DNA of 64,000 bases from Acidobacteriota bacterium (GTDB taxonomy: Bacteria > Acidobacteriota > Vicinamibacteria > Vicinamibacterales > UBA8438): NCBI GenBank assembly GCA_009838525.1, contig VXRJ01000032.1, positions 65,186 through 129,185 of the forward strand. The letters are read 5' to 3'. The notes under the pieces are model-generated. The model saw only the letters and a program-made list of their open reading frames with translations. It did no database searches and was not told the origin of the DNA. Made by a program: the position numbers and the translations under genes. Positions 51,535-61,655 of this stretch are shown one piece after another (position 1 is the stretch's first letter; the number at the start of each line of letters is the position of its first letter).

Positions 51535-53241
51535 TCAGCCGGCGATCGACCCCCACGACTCGGCAAGATGCGCGGCCGTCCGCCAGGCCAGCGCCTGGGC
51601 GGTCAACGTCGGGTTGCGGGCGCCGCTTGTCCCCATTACCGAGGCCCCGAGGATGCCCAGGTTCGGCACCTCGTGCGAGAAGCCCCAGCGGTCGACGACG
51701 TTGGCCTCCGGGTTGTCCCCCATGCGCGTGCCGCCGTACGCGTGTGTGGACGGACCCATGGTGCCGAGACCGGAGCGAATGACCTCCGTGGCCCCGGCCG
51801 CGCGGAACCACTCCTCCATCCGGTCCTGCATGAAGGTGGCTATTCGGCGCTCGTTGTCGTGAAAATCGGCGGTTATCCGGCAGACCGGGTCGCCGTACGG
51901 GTCGGTCACCGTCGGGTGCAGGTCGAGGTAGTTGCCCTCGTAGGGCAGCGTCGTCTTCTGAATGTAGGTATTGCACCAGCGGTCCGCGTTCTCCTTGATG
52001 AACGCCTTCCAGTCGGCGCCCCAGCGCGGTGCGCGGCCGAACGTCGGCATCCGCGCGGCAGCAATTGGGCGGCGGTCCGAGTAGACCCACAGATTGCCGC
52101 CACCTATGAAGTCGACATCAGAGTGATCGAAGTTGTCGTCCGCCCAATCGTCGATCGCTACGCCCTGCGCCGGCAGGCCATACCAGCGGTTCAGCCGGTA
52201 CGGGAAAAGCGCGGTGACGCCCGCGCCGGTCGCATGCGTCATGTAGTGGCGACCTACCTGCCCCGCGTTATTCGACAGGCCGTTCGGGAACGCGGGCGAT
52301 TTCGACAGGAGCAGCAGGCGCACGTTCTCGTAGGTGTAGCCGGCGAGCAGCACGACGTCGGCCGGCTGGACGTAAGTCTCGCCATCCTTCACGTACGAGA
52401 CGCCCGTCACGCGTCCGTTGCCATCCACCTCGATGCGGCGCACGTGCGCGTGGGTCACCACCTCGAGCCGCCCGGTCTCCTGCGCGCGGGGTATGGTAGA
52501 GACCGCCGTCGAGTTTTTCGCGTCGAGATGACAGCCGCCCCGATCGCAGAAGCCGTGGTAACCACACGCCGCACGGTCCTGGTAACGAACTGAGTTGACG
52601 GCGGCGGGACCGGGGAACGGATGCCAGCCGAGGCCGCGCGCCGCCTCCGCCATCTGATCAATGAAGCCGGTCCAGCGTAGCGGCGGCATTGGGTACGGAC
52701 GGCGCCGCTCCCCTTCGAACGGCGAGCCGCGCTCGTCCATCACGCCGCCAACGTTGCCCGCCTGCCCGGAGACGCCGATCGCGTACTCGACCCGGTCGTA
52801 GTACGGCTCGAGTTCTTCCAGGCCGAAGGGCCAGTCCTCCACCGTCGTGCCGGCCGGCAGACGCGACGTCCCGTAGCGGCGGGCCGTCTCGCTGACGACG
52901 GCGAAGTCCCACTGGGGCAGCCGCCAGCTCTGCGCCCAGTAGTGGAGCGTGGTGCCACCCACCGCGTTCATCATCGGGTGGAGCGGTCCACGGGGCGAAT
53001 CGGGCGCAGAAGCGTTCCGTCGATGAACCGGAATCTCGCGGTTGGCTTTCTGCGCCGAGTCCGGCCAGCCACGGTAGTTGTTGTTCAGCTCGTCCGGCGC
53101 ATGGTCGCTCGCGCGCAACCAGCCACCCGCCTCGAGCGCGACCACGTCGACGCCCGCCTCGGCCAGCGGCAACGCGGCCACGCCGCCGACAGCGCCGATG
53201 CCGACCACCACGACGTCGCGCCGCTGCAGCTCAACCGCCAC
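51535..53241 (-). CDS. GMC-family FAD oxidoreductase (gluconate 2-dehydrogenase flavoprotein-subunit-like)
   Basis: Start set to GTG 53241 (AAGGAGGA upstream), giving 'VAVELQRRDVVVVGIGAVGGVAALPLAEAGVDVVALEAG' (GxGxxG). The C-terminal GMC block is 'GGTRMGDNP..VVD..G..H.V.NL.I.G'. It overlaps the subunit-3 gene by 11 nt. Confidence 0.85.
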   Translation of the reverse strand: MAVELQRRDVVVVGIGAVGGVAALPLAEAGVDVVALEAGGWLRASDHAPDELNNNYRGWPDSAQKANREIPVHRRNASAPDSPRGPLHPMMNAVGGTTLHYWAQSWRLPQWDFAVVSETARRYGTSRLPAGTTVEDWPFGLEELEPYYDRVEYAIGVSGQAGNVGGVMDERGSPFEGERRRPYPMPPLRWTGFIDQMAEAARGLGWHPFPGPAAVNSVRYQDRAACGYHGFCDRGGCHLDAKNSTAVSTIPRAQETGRLEVVTHAHVRRIEVDGNGRVTGVSYVKDGETYVQPADVVLLAGYTYENVRLLLLSKSPAFPNGLSNNAGQVGRHYMTHATGAGVTALFPYRLNRWYGLPAQGVAIDDWADDNFDHSDVDFIGGGNLWVYSDRRPIAAARMPTFGRAPRWGADWKAFIKENADRWCNTYIQKTTLPYEGNYLDLHPTVTDPYGDPVCRITADFHDNERRIATFMQDRMEEWFRAAGATEVIRSGLGTMGPSTHAYGGTRMGDNPEANVVDRWGFSHEVPNLGILGASVMGTSGARNPTLTAQALAWRTAAHLAESWGSIAG

Positions 53242-53896
53242 CGATCCTCCTTGCGCGGGCCGCGGCGAATGCCGGGAAGTCGTAGGCGGACACCTGCCGT
53301 GCCGGCGGCATCCGATCGATCCGCTGCAGGTCGGGCGGAACGCTGGTTCGCAGGCCCGGGTAACCGAGCAGCTCCCAGCCGATGAAGTCGGCGTTTCCAC
53401 CGTAGGCCGGGTCGGAGAACGTGCCCTCGATGGTATGCGTGCGCAACAGTTCGAAGAACGCGGATGCGCTCGGCATGAAACCTGTCGCGGCATTCGATTC
53501 GAGGGCCGCCAGCAGGCGGTCCTGAACGGAGGCATCGAGGGCGCGAAAGCGCGCACCTCGTTCGGCCTCTGCGTAGCGATCAAGCGCGGCGAGGCCTGCC
53601 CGGTACGCCGGAAGCGATGGGGCAAGCGCGCCAGCCAGGGCACGGTCGATATAGCGCGCGGCGCCCGCTTCGAGAGCACCCGGGCCCGCAGCGTCCGAGG
53701 GGATCAGGCGGCCGACGACCGCCTCGAGGTTGGCCCCTTCGGCTTCCGTAAGCGTCTCGAAGGGGGTCCCGGACTGGGTCCCCATCCGGGTGGCCGCCGC
53801 ACCCTGGCCGGGCAGGACGGAAGGCCAGGTTAGCGCGGCGCCAGCCACAACCGTCCGCTTCAGCATCTCGCGTCGCGTCAGGTCCCGGGATGGCAT
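53231..53896 (-). CDS. Gluconate 2-dehydrogenase subunit-3-family protein (Tat signal)
   Basis: 221 aa with twin-arginine leader 'SRDLTRREMLKRTVVAGAAL'. It sits immediately upstream of the GMC flavoprotein, as in the three-subunit dehydrogenase family. Confidence 0.7.
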   Translation of the reverse strand: MPSRDLTRREMLKRTVVAGAALTWPSVLPGQGAAATRMGTQSGTPFETLTEAEGANLEAVVGRLIPSDAAGPGALEAGAARYIDRALAGALAPSLPAYRAGLAALDRYAEAERGARFRALDASVQDRLLAALESNAATGFMPSASAFFELLRTHTIEGTFSDPAYGGNADFIGWELLGYPGLRTSVPPDLQRIDRMPPARQVSAYDFPAFAAARARRIGGG

Positions 53897-54062
53897 CTCG
53901 GCTCCCGCCTACCGTATCACGGAGCCGTCAGGGTGGCCTGTGGTACGATCACCCGGCGTCGGGCCGGGGTTGCGTCTGGCCAGGGGCTATCTGATACGGT
54001 TGACCTGGTGTCGCCCGGACTCGGGCCATACGACGCAAGGACTTTCAACTTGGGGCAGCACT

Positions 54063-55208
54063 ATGAATGACCCAAAGACCCGATATACACCGGCTACGGA
54101 CGCGAAACGTGTGAAGTACGTCAGGCGGCTGGACAAAGTGTCCAACATCCCGCCCGATCTTCTCGAGCGCCTCGAGCCGGTCACCCGTGAGTACGTGTTC
54201 AGGGCGAACGACTATTACCTGACCCTCATCGACTGGAACGACCCGGACGATCCGATTCGTCAGCTCATCATCCCGCGCGAGGAAGAGCTGCGCGAGTGGG
54301 GCAAGCTCGACGCCAGCAACGAGCAGTCGGTCACCGTCGCCCACGGCGTGCAGCACAAGTACATCGACACCGTCCTCCTGCTCTGCAACGAGGTGTGCGG
54401 CGCGTACTGCCGCTACTGCTTTCGCAAGCGGCTCTTCATGGACGACAACGACGAGGTGACGAACGACGTCAGCGCCGGGCTGGCCTACATCGCCGATCAT
54501 CCGGAGGTGACCAACGTTCTCCTGACCGGCGGCGATCCGCTCCTGATGAGCACGCGCCGCCTGGTGGAGATATTCGATGCGCTGCGTGGCATAGAACATG
54601 TCCGCATCATCCGGATCGGATCGAAGATGCCCGCGTTCGACCCGTGGCGCGTGCAGCGCGACGAGGAACTGCAGGCCGCGTTCCGGAAGTACTCGACGCC
54701 GGAGCAGCGAATCTACCTGATGGCGCACTTCGACCATCCGCGCGAACTCACGCCGGAAGCAATCGCGGGCATCGACACCTGCATCCGGAACGGTGTCATC
54801 TGTGTCAATCAGTGCCCGATGATCCGCGGAATCAACGACGATCCATACACGCTCGCCGACATGTACGAGACGCTGTCGTTCATCGGCTGTCCGCCGTACT
54901 ACCTATTCCAGGGGAGACCGACGGCGGGCAACGAGCCCTACGAAGTCCCCATCGTCGAGGGATGGCACATCTTCCAGAAGGCGCTCAGCCTTGGCTCCGG
55001 ACTGGCGAGGCGAGCCCGCTTCGTCATGTCGCACGAGAGCGGCAAGGTGGAGATCCTGGGGGTCGACGAGGAGCACATCTATCTCCGCTACCACCAGGCG
55101 AAGGATCCCGACGACCTGGGCCGCTTCTTTGTTCGACGGCGGGACGATAGCGCGTACTGGCTGGATCAGCTCGAACCGGTCGACGCAGCGCTGGCGCTCG
55201 GACGCTAG
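54063..55208 (+). CDS. KamA-family radical-SAM aminomutase (lysine 2,3-aminomutase-like)
   Basis: Start at MNDPKTRYTP (ATG 54063). 'LLLCNEVCGAYCRYCFRKR' is the CxxxCxxC cluster. 'VTNVLLTGGDPL' and 'RIGSKMP' are KamA blocks. Confidence 0.85.
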   Translation: MNDPKTRYTPATDAKRVKYVRRLDKVSNIPPDLLERLEPVTREYVFRANDYYLTLIDWNDPDDPIRQLIIPREEELREWGKLDASNEQSVTVAHGVQHKYIDTVLLLCNEVCGAYCRYCFRKRLFMDDNDEVTNDVSAGLAYIADHPEVTNVLLTGGDPLLMSTRRLVEIFDALRGIEHVRIIRIGSKMPAFDPWRVQRDEELQAAFRKYSTPEQRIYLMAHFDHPRELTPEAIAGIDTCIRNGVICVNQCPMIRGINDDPYTLADMYETLSFIGCPPYYLFQGRPTAGNEPYEVPIVEGWHIFQKALSLGSGLARRARFVMSHESGKVEILGVDEEHIYLRYHQAKDPDDLGRFFVRRRDDSAYWLDQLEPVDAALALGR

Positions 55209-55224
55209 GAGCTTGCGCCGTAGC

Positions 55225-55268
55225 AGTTTCGCGCCAGCGAAACTTCACAACGCGCCCGCAAGGGCGCG
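55225..55268 (+). terminator. Two tandem GC-rich hairpins after the KamA-like gene (possible terminator)
   Basis: AGTTTCGC-gcca-GCGAAACT (55225-55244) and CGCGCCC-gcaa-GGGCGCG (55251-55268, GNRA loop), starting 17 nt after the stop. There is no U-tract. Confidence 0.3.
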
Positions 55269-55384
55269 CAAGAAGCCGGCCCCCACCCGGGGGAACGTGC
55301 ATGCCCGCTCGCCGGGGCCGTTATTCGAAAATCTATGCGCGCGGGCGGTTGCAGTCTGGCCGCGCGTCGGTTAACGTCTGAGAT

Positions 55385-56317
55385 ATGGACAGACAGAGAC
55401 TTACCCTTCCGGCGGTACTGCTAGGGCTCGCGATCCTCACGGCGGGTTGCGCCGAGCCGCCCACGGCCCAGGTGGATGCCGCGAAACAGGCGCTCGGGGC
55501 GCTTGCCGGCGATGCGGCGACCTATGCGCCCACGGCGTACTCGACGGCCGAGAACGCAGTGGCGGAACTCGACGCGGAGCTGGCGACACAGGAAGCGAGC
55601 TTCGCGCTCCTCCGCGACTACGAGCGGGCTATCGAGTTGGTTGGGGCGGTCGAAGCAGCCACGGGTCAGGTTCGAAACGCGATTTCAGCCGAACGGCAAC
55701 GGCTGGCCGACGAAGCGAACGGGCTCGTCGCCGACGCGAACCAGACCATCACCGACACTCGAGCATCGATCGCCGAGATCGACGAGGACGATTTGGAGGA
55801 GGGCCAGACGGAGGCGTGGGAGGCGGATCTCGCGGACGTGTCCACGTCGCTCGGGGAGGTGGCAAACCTGATCACGGCCGATCAACAGGCCGACGCGCGC
55901 CGGGAGGCCGAGGCTGCCGCGGATGCCGCAAGCTCGGTCGAAGGCGCGGTGACGGCGTTCGCAGCCGAACTCGAGGCGGCGCGCCAGGCCGCGGCCGAAC
56001 GAGCCGCGCGCGGGGAGGTGACCATCCCGCGCTCGGTGATGGTCAATGGCCAGTCTCTGGGCGCCGGGATGTATCTCCTGCGACTCGCTGAGGAAGCGCC
56101 GAACGCCGCCGGACGCTGGGTCGAGTTCGTCAGGGAGGACGAAGTAGCCGGACGCGGGCTGGCCGTCGTCATTCCGGATGCCGACATTAGCGAGGTCGAG
56201 AAGAGTCCCGGGCCGCGGAACGAGGCGCGGGTCATGGAGTTGAGGGAAGGCGAGTACGTCCGCGTGTGGCTCAACCGCGACGGCACGAACTACCTGCTCC
56301 ACCTGCCGACGTCGTAA
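55385..56317 (+). CDS. Hypothetical lipoprotein with helical N-terminal half
   Basis: 310 aa with lipobox LTAGC. It has an Ala/Glu/Asp-rich helical region followed by a beta-rich C-terminal domain. Confidence 0.5.
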   Translation: MDRQRLTLPAVLLGLAILTAGCAEPPTAQVDAAKQALGALAGDAATYAPTAYSTAENAVAELDAELATQEASFALLRDYERAIELVGAVEAATGQVRNAISAERQRLADEANGLVADANQTITDTRASIAEIDEDDLEEGQTEAWEADLADVSTSLGEVANLITADQQADARREAEAAADAASSVEGAVTAFAAELEAARQAAAERAARGEVTIPRSVMVNGQSLGAGMYLLRLAEEAPNAAGRWVEFVREDEVAGRGLAVVIPDADISEVEKSPGPRNEARVMELREGEYVRVWLNRDGTNYLLHLPTS

Positions 56318-56339
56318 ACGCGCGGCCCGCCCGCGCCCG

Positions 56340-57782
56340 TTAGCCCGAAGCGCCGGTCAGGCGCTCCAGCGTGTCGATCAATGCGTCTATATGGGTGGCG
56401 TGGGTACGGAACACTTCGACGCAGGGGCGAAGCCAGAAGTGGTCGTTCAGCCAGCTTCCGGTGACGAAGACGTGTCCGTCGGCATGGATCGCATCCTGCA
56501 GGTCGAGCGTCGCCCGATCCGCCTCCTCCTCTGAACTCCCGGACGGACGCCGCCGGAAGCACATCGTGGAGAGTTCCGGGGGCGGACCCGTCTCGAAGCC
56601 GTCCAGGGCGTCGATGCGCTCGTGCAGGTAGCGCGTCAGCACCACCTTTTCCTCGAGCGCGGCGGCGAACGGCGCGGTGCCGTGCAGGAACAGCGGAAAG
56701 AGCATGCGTAGCCCACGAAAGTGCTTCGTCAGCTCGATCGACTGCTCGGACGGAGACGGATCGGCTGTCTCCGACTCCACCAGGTACGGCGCACGGAAAC
56801 GGAGGGCGTCGAGGTGCGCGGCGTCGCGGACCACGACGGCGCCGGCGCCGTACGGTACGAAGAGCGACTTGTGCGGATCGAGCACGACCGAGTCGGACTG
56901 CTCGATCCCGCGGAAACGCGGCCGGAAGGCCTCCACCAGCATGTAGAAGCCGCCGTATGCGGCGTCGACGTGATGCCACAGGCCTTCAGCGCGTGCGATG
57001 ACGCCGATTGCCTCGAGCGGATCGATCGCGCCGCTGTTCACTGTCCCCGCGGTGGACAGCACCAGCCAGGGCGTCAGGCCCTTTCGTCGATCCTCTACCA
57101 CGAGACGCTGCAGCTCGTCCGGCACCATCCGGCGCCGCGCGTCGACCGGCACGGTACGCCAGGACGCCTCGCGCAATCCGACAATGTGCAGCGCCTTGGC
57201 CGCCGCGTAGTGCAGCTCCTCGGTGGCGTATACGACAAGCGCCGGAATCTCTGCCGACGCGACCCCACGGGCGTCTCGCGCCGCGAGGATTGCGGTCAGG
57301 ATGGCCACGCTCCCACCCGACGTGAGCACGCCGCCGGCGGACTCTGGGTAGCCGACAAGATCCGCGATCCAGCGCACCATCCGATGCTCCGTGCGCGCCG
57401 CGCCCGGACACGCCGGGGAGTACCCGGCGAAGGTGTTGGACACCGCGGCCAGGTAGTCGCCCAATGCGCTGGCGAAGAGGCCGCCGCCCGGCACCCAGCC
57501 GAAGTCGCGCGGATGCGCAGGGTTGACGCCCTGTCGCTCCACCTCCGTGGTGACTAGAGCCAGCAGCTCGTCGATCGAGCGCCCTTCAGGGCCGAGGTCC
57601 AGGCCACGCATCGCGGCGCCGTCGTCCGGCGTCCAGTACGCCGGTCCGGTCTCCAGGGCCTCGAGGAACCCCTCGGCATGCTCGACGACCGCCGTCGCCA
57701 GACGGCGACGCTCGTCTGGGCCCGGCTCCAGCGCCGCCGCCGCACGGCGCAAGGCCTCCGCCTGGTCTCTCAGGTCGCGCAT
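56340..57782 (-). CDS. Pyridoxal-dependent (group II) amino-acid decarboxylase
   Basis: 480 aa. 'LTSGGSVAILTAI', 'HVDAAYGGF' and 'DPHKSLFVPYGAG' (PLP-Lys). Confidence 0.85.
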   Translation of the reverse strand: MRDLRDQAEALRRAAAALEPGPDERRRLATAVVEHAEGFLEALETGPAYWTPDDGAAMRGLDLGPEGRSIDELLALVTTEVERQGVNPAHPRDFGWVPGGGLFASALGDYLAAVSNTFAGYSPACPGAARTEHRMVRWIADLVGYPESAGGVLTSGGSVAILTAILAARDARGVASAEIPALVVYATEELHYAAAKALHIVGLREASWRTVPVDARRRMVPDELQRLVVEDRRKGLTPWLVLSTAGTVNSGAIDPLEAIGVIARAEGLWHHVDAAYGGFYMLVEAFRPRFRGIEQSDSVVLDPHKSLFVPYGAGAVVVRDAAHLDALRFRAPYLVESETADPSPSEQSIELTKHFRGLRMLFPLFLHGTAPFAAALEEKVVLTRYLHERIDALDGFETGPPPELSTMCFRRRPSGSSEEEADRATLDLQDAIHADGHVFVTGSWLNDHFWLRPCVEVFRTHATHIDALIDTLERLTGASG

Positions 57783-57821
57783 CCGTCTCGACGGGAGTGG
57801 TCCGGCAGCCGCCCAACGGCG

Positions 57822-59129
57822 TCAGGCAGGGGCCGCCTCCCCCGCGCCGGCGGGCGAAGGAAAGTGGAGCGGCACCGGCTCGTGCCGGGTCAGGTAGCCG
57901 AACTCCTGTCGAAACTCTTCCGGCGAGATCCCGACGGTGGCTGCCAGCCGCGAGAGCTGACGGGCGTCGTCGAAATCCTCCCGTCGCAACCGCAGCATGT
58001 AGCGATGCGCAATCCGATAGCGCGTCGACCAAAAATCGACGAGCCGCACGCGAAAGCGCCCCTGCTTCCGGTCGATCAGCTCGTCGAACGGGATGGGCAC
58101 GAACTGACCCGCGTCGATGGAGACAAGGTCCGCGTTTCCACCCGCCAACAGGTGCCGCGCCGCGCAAAAGCCGAGGTCGCGCGTGTACTCCATGTCCGCC
58201 GGCACCGGATCCGCGCTCCGCAGCTCGTAGCCGATGTTCTTCGCCACCGTGGTCGCCTTGAGCCCGAAACCGGCGAGGCGTCTGGCCACCTGGGCGCGGA
58301 GGATCTCGCCGAGATTCACCTCGGCGATTCGGACATGGCCATGCTCGTCCCGCTCGACGTCGGCGAGCTCGCCCAGATCCTCTTGCGCGATATGGAGGGC
58401 CAGTCCCTCCGCGATCACGGCCACACCATCGCGGCGGCCCGTGGCCAGGCGCTGAATGATCGAGCCGGCGAGCGAGTCCACCACCGTCCGAAGGGGCACC
58501 CGCCCCTGTCGCCACTCCTCGGGGATCAACGTGATCGTCGCGCCCGCCGCCTTGCCGATGCCGAGCGCGAGGTGCCCCGCCTTCCGCCCCATTGTGATGA
58601 CGAAGTACCAGCGCGACGTCGTCTTGGCGTCCATCATCAGGTTCTGGACGATCCCGACGCCGACATGGCGCGCCGTCTGGTAGCCGAAGGTGTCGATGTG
58701 CGGCGGCAGATCCAGATCGTTATCGATCGTCTTCGGGACGTGGGCGGTACGAATGCGCCCCTTCGCCTTCCGAGTGACTTGCATCGCGGAGAACGCGGTG
58801 TCGTCGCCGCCGATGGTGATCAGTTGCGAAACGCCCAACTTGATGAGCGACCGGACGGTTGTCTCGAGCAACGCCGGATCGCTGGTCGGGTTGGCGCGTG
58901 ATGTGCCCAGCACGGATCCGCCCCGGAAGTGGATCCGGCCCACGTCCTCGATCCCGAGCGGTTGCGCCCCCGAAAGATCTCCCGTCATGATCTCCTGGAA
59001 CCCATTCCGAATTCCAACCACCCCGACTCCCGCGAGGCGACTTCGGATGGTCGCGGCGCCGATAACGCTATTGATTCCGGGCGCCGGGCCGCCGCCAACC
59101 AGGATGGCGAGCCGGTTGGGTTGACTCAT
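57822..59129 (-). CDS. pfp: Pyrophosphate-dependent 6-phosphofructokinase
   Basis: 435 aa. 'ILVGGGPAPGINSVI', then 'ITIGGDDT' (Asp instead of the ATP-PFK GGDGS Gly) and 'PKTIDNDL' (Lys instead of Gly). These are the two classical PPi-specificity positions. Confidence 0.85.
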   Translation of the reverse strand: MSQPNRLAILVGGGPAPGINSVIGAATIRSRLAGVGVVGIRNGFQEIMTGDLSGAQPLGIEDVGRIHFRGGSVLGTSRANPTSDPALLETTVRSLIKLGVSQLITIGGDDTAFSAMQVTRKAKGRIRTAHVPKTIDNDLDLPPHIDTFGYQTARHVGVGIVQNLMMDAKTTSRWYFVITMGRKAGHLALGIGKAAGATITLIPEEWRQGRVPLRTVVDSLAGSIIQRLATGRRDGVAVIAEGLALHIAQEDLGELADVERDEHGHVRIAEVNLGEILRAQVARRLAGFGLKATTVAKNIGYELRSADPVPADMEYTRDLGFCAARHLLAGGNADLVSIDAGQFVPIPFDELIDRKQGRFRVRLVDFWSTRYRIAHRYMLRLRREDFDDARQLSRLAATVGISPEEFRQEFGYLTRHEPVPLHFPSPAGAGEAAPA

Positions 59130-59139
59130 GCCGCAAATG

Positions 59140-59550
59140 CTACTCGCAGGCGGGCGCCAGATGGGTGATGGAGACCAGGTTCAGGCGCGTCCCGGTGTCG
59201 TCCTCGATCAGCATGCCCTTCGCCCAGACCTTGTGGCCGACGTGCCGTGCGACGCCGAACTCGTCGAGCGTGCCGATCAGCGCTACGCGGCCCTCGCCGA
59301 GCGGCGCTCCGGGGGGTGGCTCGGGCGGAATGCGATCCTGGATGACTTCCGGTTCGGTGACGCGCGCAAGCTGGAAGCCGTTCGCTTCGTCGCCCTCTAC
59401 GCACCCCACCATCATCATGAGCGGCATTGGTTGGCCTGCGGCGGGCGCCAGAACCGGACCCCCTGCGGACGCCGGGAGCAAAGCGCCCGCTCCGACGATG
59501 CTGACGGCCAACCCCGCCGTTGCGAGGGCGCGGCGCCTGTCACCGGCCAT
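59140..59550 (-). CDS. Hypothetical secreted protein (Tat-like leader)
   Basis: Start at MAGDRRRALATAGLAVSIVGAGAL (ATG 59550, directly after the upstream stop). No motif recognised. Confidence 0.4.
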   Translation of the reverse strand: MAGDRRRALATAGLAVSIVGAGALLPASAGGPVLAPAAGQPMPLMMMVGCVEGDEANGFQLARVTEPEVIQDRIPPEPPPGAPLGEGRVALIGTLDEFGVARHVGHKVWAKGMLIEDDTGTRLNLVSITHLAPACE

Positions 59551-59552
59551 CG

Positions 59553-60191
59553 TCAGTCGCGCCCCGATACGCCGGGCGCGTCCTTGCGCCACCAAGCGTT
59601 ACCGAAGTTCGTGAAAGGCCCGCCGTCCACCGAGATTCGCGCTTCCACGCGGTAGTGGACCGGCGACACCAACCGTGTAACCAGGCGCAGCACAACCTGG
59701 CTACCATCCGCCTCGAACGGAGCGGACTCGTAGTGGATGGTGTAGAAGCCCCCCAGGTCACCGCCTATCCGGCCCGCCATCAACCGCGTAGTGCCTCGAC
59801 CGTCGGCCTCCTGGCGGACGAACGCGCGTTGGCCTTCCAGGTAGATGATGGTGGCCGAGACCTGGAACGGGCCGTCCGGACCCTCCGCTTCTATCGTCGA
59901 GCGGTAGTTCCGGCCGTCGCCGCCCGGATGAAAGGTCTCGATGCCGGTGATCAGGCCGCCGGTACCGAGGGGGCTGTCGGGAACCCGCCACTCGAACGTC
60001 CACTCGCCGGGAAAGTACGCGTCGTAGTCGAACGTCGGCACCTCGTCACCCGCCTGCGTCGGGCGTCCCAGATCGGGAATCTGTCCCTGCGGCAGGGGGC
60101 GGTCGGGGGGCTGTGCCACCGCCGCGGGGGGCAGATGCAAGAGCCCCGCCATCAGGAGCGTGAGGGCAAACGCCACGGACGCGCGAGACAC
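59553..60191 (-). CDS. Hypothetical secreted protein
   Basis: 212 aa with a signal peptide (PPAAVAQP). Beta-rich, with no motif recognised. Confidence 0.45.
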   Translation of the reverse strand: MSRASVAFALTLLMAGLLHLPPAAVAQPPDRPLPQGQIPDLGRPTQAGDEVPTFDYDAYFPGEWTFEWRVPDSPLGTGGLITGIETFHPGGDGRNYRSTIEAEGPDGPFQVSATIIYLEGQRAFVRQEADGRGTTRLMAGRIGGDLGGFYTIHYESAPFEADGSQVVLRLVTRLVSPVHYRVEARISVDGGPFTNFGNAWWRKDAPGVSGRD

Positions 60192-60198
60192 CGCTCAG

Positions 60199-61653
60199 CT
60201 ACTCGTTGTCGTTGTTCGAAGGACGCTGCTTCGTCAGATCCTGGCTCTCGACGGTGTACTCGGTGAACGCCTGGTACATCTCGTCCCAGCTCTGCTGTCC
60301 CCAGTACACCTCGAGGTGCGGACCCGGGTTCCAGCGGTTGTTCAGCGAGTTGTCGTACACGCCGATGCCGGTGATCTTGCTGCCGGCCGGCAGGTACAGC
60401 GGCTCCTCAAGCTCGTAGTGGATCTGCCAGTTGAAGTCGAACTCGGGGACGTCGAGGATCGTTACCTCGCTGCCGTCGGGGTAAGTAACGACCCACTTGA
60501 GGCTCTTGCCCCGCAGGTGCATGTGGGGCGACATCCCGTAGAGCGTGATCGGTTCCAGGATCGGCGTGATGCCGGTGATCTTCCAGTCCTCCTGGTACGG
60601 CGGGATGTTCGGGATCTGCGCGCGCCGGAACTTCCCGTCTTCGTCCCGAGTCGGCTTGATCTCCTCACCCTCGACGATATAAATGTCGGTCCCGAACGGA
60701 TCGGTCGGAAAGGCGTTCCCCGCCTGACGCGTCAATACCTCGTGGGTCACCGGCACGGTGTTCCACCAGAGGCCCAGCTTGCTCCGCTCCCGTTCCGGCT
60801 TGCCGGTCGGGTTGTAGTGCATCGTCCAGCGGATCCACTTGCCGGCGGTCACCCGCTTGCCGGTGCCGGGCCGATGCCGCTCGACCCCGCGTCCCGGGAC
60901 GTACGAGAGGAGCTTGCTCGTCCCCGGCAGGTTCACCTCGTTGAACACCGCCTGGGCGACGCCCCCACCCGTTGCCTCCTCGCTCTCCGGCGCGGCGTTC
61001 GGGTCGTCCAGCAGGAGGCCGTCGGGACCGACCATCTTGCCGGCCGGAAGGTCGACCACGTAGGCGCCCGAATGATGCACCACCGCGTAGTTGCTCGGCC
61101 GCATCTCGAGCACCTCGGCGAAGCGATCTTCCTCAAACGGGATCTTCACGTAGAAGTCGATGTAGTCCTCTTCGCCCTCGGCCGGAATCTCGTACTCCAC
61201 CGGAAGCTCGAAGACGTAGTCCGGCTCGCCGCCCTCATAGGTCCAGCCCTCCGGGAAGTCGGGCAGCGCTGGCAGGTCGGCGTCGTTCCCCTTCGGCGCG
61301 CCCCCATCCACCCAGGCGACGATGGTGTCGATCTCGAACTGTTCGAGCCGCTTCTCGTTCCTGAACTTCAGGCTGCTCTCCGGATCGGCGGGCCAGGGGG
61401 GCATCGTCCGCGATACGACGAGATCCTTAATCGATCGCGCCCACGGACGGCTCTCGACGTACGACGTGAGTGACATCGGCGCAATGTTGCCGGGGCGGTG
61501 GCAGGTGACGCAGTTGTCGAACAGGATCGGCGCCACGTCCTTCGCAAAGGTGGGTACGTCGCCCTGCTCCGCACCTGCAGTCGCGGGGGCGGCCAACACG
61601 AACACCGCCAGCACCGGTGACACCGCGCCAATCAGAAGCCGCTGCATCTCCAT
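60199..61653 (-). CDS. Secreted haem-c-motif protein with copper type-II monooxygenase-like C-terminal region
   Basis: 484 aa with a signal peptide. N-terminal 'FAKDVAPILFDNCVTCHRPGNIAPMSL..Y...RPWARSI...V.SR.MPPW' contains CxxCH. Further on, 'HHSGAY' and 'MSPHMHLRGKS' resemble the His/Met copper sites of the PHM/DBH-like Cu2_monoox fold. Confidence 0.5.
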   Translation of the reverse strand: MEMQRLLIGAVSPVLAVFVLAAPATAGAEQGDVPTFAKDVAPILFDNCVTCHRPGNIAPMSLTSYVESRPWARSIKDLVVSRTMPPWPADPESSLKFRNEKRLEQFEIDTIVAWVDGGAPKGNDADLPALPDFPEGWTYEGGEPDYVFELPVEYEIPAEGEEDYIDFYVKIPFEEDRFAEVLEMRPSNYAVVHHSGAYVVDLPAGKMVGPDGLLLDDPNAAPESEEATGGGVAQAVFNEVNLPGTSKLLSYVPGRGVERHRPGTGKRVTAGKWIRWTMHYNPTGKPERERSKLGLWWNTVPVTHEVLTRQAGNAFPTDPFGTDIYIVEGEEIKPTRDEDGKFRRAQIPNIPPYQEDWKITGITPILEPITLYGMSPHMHLRGKSLKWVVTYPDGSEVTILDVPEFDFNWQIHYELEEPLYLPAGSKITGIGVYDNSLNNRWNPGPHLEVYWGQQSWDEMYQAFTEYTVESQDLTKQRPSNNDNE

Positions 61654-61655
61654 CG

